Below are positions 56,638 to 64,000 of a stretch of DNA of 64,000 bases, in pieces (position 1 is the first letter of the stretch; the number at the start of each line of letters is the position of its first letter). A program made the translations under genes and the position numbers. The stretch comes from Schizochytrium sp. TIO01 (Eukaryota > Protista > Bigyra: Labyrinthulomycetes): assembly GCA_004764695.1 (NCBI GenBank), contig SMSO01000025.1:5434862-5498861 (forward strand). Reading direction: 5' to 3'. The notes under the pieces were generated by a model. The model did no database searches. It was not told where the DNA came from and saw only the letters and a list, made by a program, of their open reading frames with translations.

Positions 56638-58602
56638 ATGCGTGCGTCCTCAATGATGGCGCAGCCCTCTGCGGCTTCTCGGTTTCTGCGCCGTTTCCCG
56701 TCCCTCCCTCGTTCCCTCTCGACAGCATCATGGTCATCTCCTCGATCCGGGATTGCCACAATCTCCAATTCCTCTCAGATTCACCGTCGCGGGGCAATTC
56801 AGACGTTCTCCGCGCAGAGTTTTGGAGCAACTTCCTCGCCATGCCTGCAGCACCGGTTTCTCTGCACTCCCTCGGCACCAATCTCGGATGTTGCTGCCGC
56901 TCAAGACTCTAAATCAACCTCCTCATTGCCTCCCCGGTCCTCTGTGGGAGTCAAGCTTCGCGTGCGCGGCCAGGATGGCCGTCTTCTGATTCTTGAAGAA
57001 CAATTTATCCCAGGTGGTGATGGTGGCGTCGTCCGTGTTGGTGATACCTTTGGTAGCTTTGACAGTCCCGATGCCAATGGCGCTCTGGGTGTGATCTTGT
57101 ATAGCGCCCACGGAGTCTACTTTGCAGCGCGTCTTGTGGACGACAAGCATCATCTCTTGGAGACTGGTTCTGACGTTCTCACGCGCCCTCTCAAGCCCCT
57201 GCGGCTCACCCGGAAGGCTGTTGAAGGTGCGGAGTCTCATAGACTCAAACTCTTGGAGTCAATTTGCGTGAAAAACGAAGACTCCGACGCTTCTGAAGAG
57301 GAGATTTTCAGACCCCAACCTCGAGACATCGCGCGAAAGGTGATCAAAGAGGGATGGAACTCGGGAATGGCGTGTGTTGACGTGCTAACTCCTATTGGCA
57401 GGGGGCAGAGCATGCTCTTCGCGACGCCGGAGTCTGCAGGGTCTGGTTACAGACGCGACCAGTACATGCTGGGAGTGGCCACGGGCGTGCTGCAGAGCAA
57501 GTTCAATGTGGACACGCACGTATGGGTAAGTGTCCCTCCCCGCAACAAGAACCCAGACACATTCCTTACGCCAGAGAACGTCAGAGTTACCCTCGGATCA
57601 AGAGCCACTATTGTGGAGTCGCTTGGACCCAATGACCCCGACGACGAAGATGCAGACGTATTCGGCGTCCTGAACTCATATGTTACGTGCACGCTGGCGG
57701 AAACGCGGAGAGATGCCGGAAAGCACGCATTTCTCATGCTGCCTGATCTTCAGTCGCATTACAAGGTCTGGTCGAGAGGCCTTAAACTCGCTGCAGAACA
57801 CTTCAAGGAGGCCAGGGGCTATGTTCCGGAGGCACTCTTTGCGCCGGGAGCGGACCGCGCAGACATGCGCCAATTTTACTCGTCACTTATTCAAAGATCA
57901 GCTCTCTTGAGAACTGGAGGCAGTCTCACTACGCTCCAGGGTGTCTTTACGTCGCCCCCGGGAGCGAACAAGGCTGCAGAGGAAACACCTTTGCCGTTTG
58001 GAGATCTTCTTAAGGATACTAGGCGCACGGCAAGTGAGTTGAACAGGCTTAAGCTGCTGAATGACCGTGGTGTGCCTCTGACAAGCAAAAATCTGGCAAA
58101 GATCGGTATTCGTGTGGACCCACCTAAACTCAAGGATTTTCAGACGCAACATGCAGAGGAGCTCAAGTCCATTTCAGATGGTCACATTGTTATGAACGGC
58201 GAGAAGGATCTCTTTGATTTCGACTTTCAGAATTCCCTCACCCGTATTGGAATTGGCTTCAATAAGGTCATCTCTGGTGATACGCGCCCCTTTGCACTGC
58301 GCCAGGTTGCAGGACCCCTACGTCTCGAGCTCAGCCACCTTATGGATGTCCCCCCTGAACAGCGTGGTGAGGTACCGGATCTCGTCAAGCGATATGCCGC
58401 TGCGCTCAAGCACCAGCCCCGTCGCTTCCGACAGCTTCCTGAGGAGGTTCTGCTCCTCCACGCAGTGGCGCTAGGTTATGATCCTAAGAATCTACCCGAA
58501 ATGGACGAAGAGCTTGCAAAGGAAATCATGGCCAACAAAGACTACATTGACCTTGACAAGCTTACACAGCTCTTTGAGAACATTCATGACTGCAGCAACT
58601 AG
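56638..58602 (+). CDS. Divergent F1 ATP synthase alpha-subunit-like protein, probably mitochondrion-targeted, Walker A degenerate
   Basis: R..I..G.NSG...VD.LTPIGRGQS.L, TLAE..RD.GKH, FYSSLIQRSA....GGSLT, SISDGHI and SLTRIG match the F1-alpha pattern. The GDRQTGKT position reads ATPESAGS. Long Arg/Ser-rich presequence. Confidence 0.75.
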   Translation: MRASSMMAQPSAASRFLRRFPSLPRSLSTASWSSPRSGIATISNSSQIHRRGAIQTFSAQSFGATSSPCLQHRFLCTPSAPISDVAAAQDSKSTSSLPPRSSVGVKLRVRGQDGRLLILEEQFIPGGDGGVVRVGDTFGSFDSPDANGALGVILYSAHGVYFAARLVDDKHHLLETGSDVLTRPLKPLRLTRKAVEGAESHRLKLLESICVKNEDSDASEEEIFRPQPRDIARKVIKEGWNSGMACVDVLTPIGRGQSMLFATPESAGSGYRRDQYMLGVATGVLQSKFNVDTHVWVSVPPRNKNPDTFLTPENVRVTLGSRATIVESLGPNDPDDEDADVFGVLNSYVTCTLAETRRDAGKHAFLMLPDLQSHYKVWSRGLKLAAEHFKEARGYVPEALFAPGADRADMRQFYSSLIQRSALLRTGGSLTTLQGVFTSPPGANKAAEETPLPFGDLLKDTRRTASELNRLKLLNDRGVPLTSKNLAKIGIRVDPPKLKDFQTQHAEELKSISDGHIVMNGEKDLFDFDFQNSLTRIGIGFNKVISGDTRPFALRQVAGPLRLELSHLMDVPPEQRGEVPDLVKRYAAALKHQPRRFRQLPEEVLLLHAVALGYDPKNLPEMDEELAKEIMANKDYIDLDKLTQLFENIHDCSN

Positions 58603-59364
58603 AGATTAGACTTACCCTGACCCGAGTTATTGCTGGGCTTTGCTAGCATGCATTTCCCTCTTGGAGGATCTCCTGTCTCTTTACCTCGCTTATTCTTTTG
58701 CCCCATCTTTCAAGCGCGCGGGCTGGAGTGATCAAATTTGGCTGAATGAGAGACCACTGCCTGGGTGTTTATCTGAATGTTTGCTAAGCAAGCACACGTG
58801 CCTGACTTAATTTTTTTTTCCAGCACAAAAAAATAAAAATAAAATAAAATACCTTCATCACTTTAAACAAAGCGATAAAAGGCTCCATTAAAAAAAAACA
58901 CCATATCTATTTCTATTAACATTTGATTATGTTTCTCTGAGCCGTGATAGCTCCTTTTGCGCTCACTATTACGCGCTCGCTCTACAGTAAAAACAGATCA
59001 GCTTTACATGAGTTTATGCACAACAAGTTGGATGAAGCTTCGATAAGATCATTAATTGCAATATTCATTGTCCTTTAAGCATGCATTTCACTTGCTCAGT
59101 TTTAAAAGCTGTTCAATTACTAAAATTCTGAAGCTAGCGCATACAGATGCATCGTGCATACTATTTCGAAAAAGTAAGCGTATTCAAGAAAGCCCGTAAA
59201 GACTTCAAGCTTGAGCAGGACCCATGTTCCAACATTTGAGGAAGTTGCACTGCACCAGCTAGAACATACCAGTCAATTAACGGATGAATGAATGAAAACG
59301 AAAAACAATATCAGTTCCATTTAATGTTACTTTGGTGCACTGGCCCATGTAGTCGTTCATTCCT

Positions 59365-62300
59365 TCACTCATCGGGGTTTGAAACTAGACGTTCATACAA
59401 GAGCATGTCTCTCATTTCTAGAGTCACAGGCAATGAGGCCTCTTGAAGAGCTTGATCAATTTCACTTTGATCCTCAGGAACATCTTCACCATTAATCTTG
59501 AGCAAGACATGCCCAATAGCAACCTTATTCAAGGCCTGCAGAGGGCCGGGCAATGCCGCGAATGCCTTGAAGGCGGCACTACCATCTCGACACTTGTAGA
59601 AGATAATTCCCATCGGACTGCCTTCTGGAAATGTACAAGTACAGTCCTGCTCACTAGTTTCCGGAGCACCAAAGAGTACCTCCATTGGACGAGCTGCACC
59701 ACGCATCATTTGCACAGTTTGGGAAAATTTGCCAAACGGCACCTCCTCACCATTCACCTTCTTAACAAGAAAACCCCTTTTCCAGCTGACCAGAACACTG
59801 TTCTTCCGCAGGGCCCTTGCGTGTTTGGAAGCTAGTCACCACAGCAGGGCCATCCGGCACACGCGTAATGCGAACATCAGAAGGGGATTCCTGAAGCGTC
59901 ACGGAATAGTGTGGATCGCGTGTAAATCGTAAGAGCAGGGGGCGGTCGGGCGTATTTGCGAGCAAATTACGCACATCGCGAAATGTGCGGCCTACCACTG
60001 TGAGCTTATTCACGCTCGCCAGAACCATGCCAGGTTGCACACCACCACATGCCTCAGCGGGACCCTTTGAGCCATCCTCCTTGGGCTTAAAGCCCTTAAC
60101 AACAACTGAAAAATCGTGAGGATTTGCCACGTCCATCTCGTTTCCGTACTTTGAGCTAATCACCAAATATAATTTGCTTTCTGAGAAGGAAACATCCACA
60201 ATGTCGGATGAAGCCTTGCGCACGATTGGTTCAGAAATTTCGGGAGGTGGCGCCATGAAAGTAAGATGCAAGGGCCTGCCTACGCGACGCAGACGATCCA
60301 TAACCTTTTCCAGTGGCAACGAGGTCACATGTTCACCATTAAAAGCTACCAGAATGTCACCAACTTGAATTTCTCCACTTTGCTCAGCCGGTCGAGGCTT
60401 CCCGTCAGGTCCTCGACGAAACTCCTTTACTACAACATACTCATGTTTCTGCGCAAACGCCAGGCCAAGGGGGCCATCATCTTCGAACTGGACGCTGTAC
60501 ACGTTCTTCCCTTCCTTACGCAAACGTTCCATCCGCGCCCGCAAAATAAAATCTTGGGCAACGCCAGCGTCAGGCAGTTGGCTCACATCAATGTCTAAAA
60601 AGTTAGCAACTACAGACCAATTGGCGACTACAAAAGAATTTAGGGTATCACTGAGCGTCGTCAGATGCGTTGCGAGCGTATCTTGCAACTGTGACACAAT
60701 GTACTCGCGCAAGCTTGCTGCAAACAAGTCTGTAAGAGTATTCAGAAGCCAAGAAAAATGAGAATGTCTCACTTCGAGATCCAATTCGCCAATTTCTAAC
60801 TCACAGCCAGATGGCAAAAGCTGAGGTTCACCTCCTGAGGTTTGGACCAGCTGAAGGCCCAACTCCACGCTGAAATCAGCCAGACGAGCAAATCCAGTGC
60901 CCTCTCCAGATAAGTGCGGGAAGTAATTCTGTTTAACTGCCCATTCAACATGATCAAGTTCGGCTTCGATACCTGTGATGGAAATCAAGAAAAACGGCGC
61001 ACCTTGCTTGATGCTCTCAAATGGATTTAACCGCACATCAATATTCTCCTTACGCATCCTGAAGCTTCCGAGATCAATGTTTGCGATCCGGTACTCCAAT
61101 CCCTCGCGTTCACCAGATATAGGTGGTAAGGTCACACCAGGAAGGTGAGAGATCAGGAACTCAAGTACTTTTGTAATTACATCATTCACAAACTCACGGC
61201 GTGCATCCGCATCACGAGCAATTTTTTCGCCCCACTCAATCACACGCTGCGGATCAAGGTTCCGTGCAGTTTCTTCGAGAGCCTTAATTTCATCTCGTTG
61301 GCGAAACTGCTGAACATTTTGTGAAAGGGAATCTATGTTTCCGTATTTGCGTATATGTTCACTAAAAGCTTGTGCTTTTTCCTTCGCCAAAGGCAGAGCG
61401 TCTTTAGCAACATCAAGTCCGCCCTTGATTCGTACCAAACCACCACTTTTACTCTCAATGGTTTGAGCAACATCAGATGCACCACCCTCAATCTGATCAA
61501 ATATCACAGTTGCATAATTTTTCAAAAAGTTTTGCAACAGGTCTTTATTCTCCTCCAGTTTTTGCTGCAGTTCATTTTGAGTCTTTTCATCGTGTGCAAG
61601 ATCATTTAGTTTTTGCATTAGCTGCTGCGTTTCTGGTCGTTGTTTCACTTGCTCCAACACTTCGACAGCCTCATCATAAAGTTTGCGCAAATCCTCATCC
61701 TCCTCTACCTTCACCTTGATTTTATCACGAATTAGTCTCACGGCGGCTTCCACCCGCTCACGTTCACGCTGTAGATCAAGATTTCCCTCTAGCACAGCAC
61801 CCACAAACTTCTTAGAAACACCACCTGCAGCCTCAGGATGATTCAATAGGATAGGGTGTTCTTCTCCGTCTTCACGAATCTCTTCACTGACTGCAGCCGC
61901 CGCTTCTCTTACTAGAGGCGCACTGCTAGCCACTGTGTCAATGACTTGGTGGATTTGAGCGCTATTTTTTTCAAGAAGTTTAGCCAAAAGTTCAGTTCCC
62001 CCTTGTATTTGGTCGAGAAGGCCTGCAAGGAGATCTTTGATGAAATCTTGAAGAGCAGACTGAATTGCTTGAAAACGGTTTTCGAACTCTTCGTTTTCAA
62101 GTGTAGAGCTCAGCAAGTCCTGGAGCTCTTCAATGAGGTCTTTTGCTTCAGGGCGAATTTCGTGCAATGCATTTGCAATCTGCTCCCCTACGTCTTCAAC
62201 GTCTGCCTCGCGTGTTTTCTCACTTGATGTCTTAATTTTGCATGCTAACGAGTGAATAATAGCTCGGACTTCCTCTTTATGGCTCTTTAGTTCTTTATCG

Positions 62301-62863
62301 CCAAGTGCAAGTAGATCAGAGATCTTGTCTACTACTTCATCGGTCGGTTCTTTTGACTTTGAGGCAAGGTCCTCGCGGAGATCATCGCGTAAATCTCCAG
62401 CAGCCTCGCTAGTTGTCTGCGCAGTGACCTTCGCTACTTCCACCCCGATGGCTACCTTCTGGCAGTTCTCCTCAATCCCCTTGACGGAGTTTATTGCACC
62501 AGCTTCCACAAGAATGGCAATGGCATCCTTGACCATTCCTTGCACATTTACGTCTTCGATGTCTTCTTTCTCGTTCGCCTCTGCGAGCGTGTTTTGGATA
62601 AATTCTTGTAGGCCTTCTAAAGAACTTTTCATTGATGGTGGAGCGTTGCTCAAGGCCCGTGAAATAGGGTCATCCCTGTCAGAATCTGGGGTATCATTGA
62701 AGGATTCACGCAAGTTGCTCGCGATGGACTTGACAATCGCATGAACCCGGTCGCGATTCTTCTCAAGATCCGCGTCTCCTCGAATTAGCGATTCTGTGAT
62801 GTTCCGGAGTGCCAAACCAGGATCGCACTCCTCAACCACAACCTCGTCCTCGTGGTTCACCAT
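59365..62863 (-). CDS. Helical-repeat + TULIP/BPI-like + multi-PDZ protein; reading frame broken by one extra nucleotide at about 59770-59781
   Basis: ATG at 62863, then amphipathic helical repeats, a beta-rich ISGEREGLEYRIANIDL...FSWLLN.L..LF...LREYI segment, and PDZ motifs (GPLGLAF..AE.SG.IQVGD.LVA.NG; V.PGMVL.SVN). Removing 1 nt from AAAAGGGGTTTT gives ..EKGFLVKKVNGEEV.. and joins ORF 59365-59757, which holds further PDZ sequence. Confidence 0.75.
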
Positions 62864-64000
62864 GACTACAACGGTGCAACGAGCCTTACAAGTCGAATTT
62901 CTCAAATCGGATCCCTCCCTCAACCTACTGCACTTTCGTCGTGGATGATGTATGGAAATAGCCAAGGCTAGCAAGCAAGCCAAGTTGTTGCTCTAGCTCT
63001 TTTTCTGAGGCTTCGTATTCAACCTCCCTCTCGAGTCGCCGAGCAGCAATACAGCAATCAGGTTTTGCAGCAACTTAAATGACCGCAGGGAGCTTCTGCG
63101 CAGCTGAAGAACCCGAAGCTCTCGATGATTCACTTTTGCGCCTCCCGAAGCTATGGGCTTGGAGCGAGTTTGCTGTCTTTATGTTTACTTGGATCTCAGG
63201 CCTCTTACTTTTATAGTAGGTAGCTTTGGGGTCCCATGGTTACTTCATCGTAGTGCTATTTAGATCACCTAGTTACGTAGGTACTTAGTGAGAAGGGAAA
63301 AATATCTGATCAATGAGTTTGGAGATGAGCAGCAAATTCCACAATTCCACGGAGCTGAACGCAGCATTTATGAAATTCGAGATATGCTTTGCAATATCTG
63401 GTACGTGAAAACCAAAATTTTAATGTTAAAGACCAACTATTCATCCACAAAATATTCATTTCTATTATTTCTATGATGAGGACCAAGTCATAAAGGACAG
63501 AAAAGTGCTTCGCTCCCTGCATATACAATAACCCATCAGCCCGCCAGAGACCAATTAAAGGCTACAGAAGAACGTTGATGGAGGCAGAAGATAAATCTTA
63601 TCATTTGGCGCTTTCGTGTTAGCAAACTCTCTACCATATCTCGGAGAAAGTTTCAAGATCAATAGATGCACTTTTAAAATGATAAACTAGGCAACAAAGA
63701 AAGAAAAAAAAAGGGAAAAAACTTGAAAGGGAAAAAAAAGGATCCGTTGAGGTGTATGTTCTGAACTAATATAAATGCCCAGACGAGAGCGCAGCTGCTG
63801 GAGTTCAACATCGCTACCTGCCAGGCAATGCACGAGCTGACTCCTGACAAGTGCTGCCAGCGCCGCCATAACAGCTTGATTCCCGTCGCACTATATCAGC
63901 AAGGAGGGTAAGCTTGTTGTTGTTGCCTTGCGTAAAGCAAGCGCGGTCTGATTTGGTCAAAAGAAATAAACTTAAAACACGTATCAATGCAAAATGAGCT

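Overview
Eukaryotic, gene-dense and intron-poor nuclear DNA. It is probably from a stramenopile protist such as a thraustochytrid/labyrinthulomycete; this is inferred from the SF-assemblin gene, mostly single-exon genes, a few GT-AG introns and microsatellite-rich spacers. About 19 protein-coding genes are supported: two sulfotransferases, SF-assemblin, a mitochondrial carrier, METTL16-like (two 5' micro-exons reconstructed by hand), a TauD-like dioxygenase, a small conserved membrane protein, an EngB/YihA GTPase, a Nudix hydrolase, a Tul1/FLY-type RING ligase, an orphan, Rab21, a GNAT, a glycosyltransferase-like protein, WASHC4, a 4-exon acylated WW microprotein missed by the ORF track, a PX-(BAR)-WW-auxilin-J protein, a Walker-A-less F1-alpha-like protein, and a helical-repeat/TULIP/multi-PDZ protein split by a 1-nt frameshift. 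The region from about 27.5 to 43 kb is repeat-rich, with tandem arrays of 197, about 145, 112 and 213 bp, an inverted relic copy and possible transposase debris. The most unusual element is a GC-rich insert of about 1.2 kb (41745-42912) that interrupts one copy of the 213-bp duplication downstream of WASHC4. It encodes a truncated protein that resembles, by eye, single jelly-roll penton/minor-capsid proteins of large DNA viruses. No rRNA, tRNA or CRISPR array was found. All family calls come from motif recognition, not database searches.
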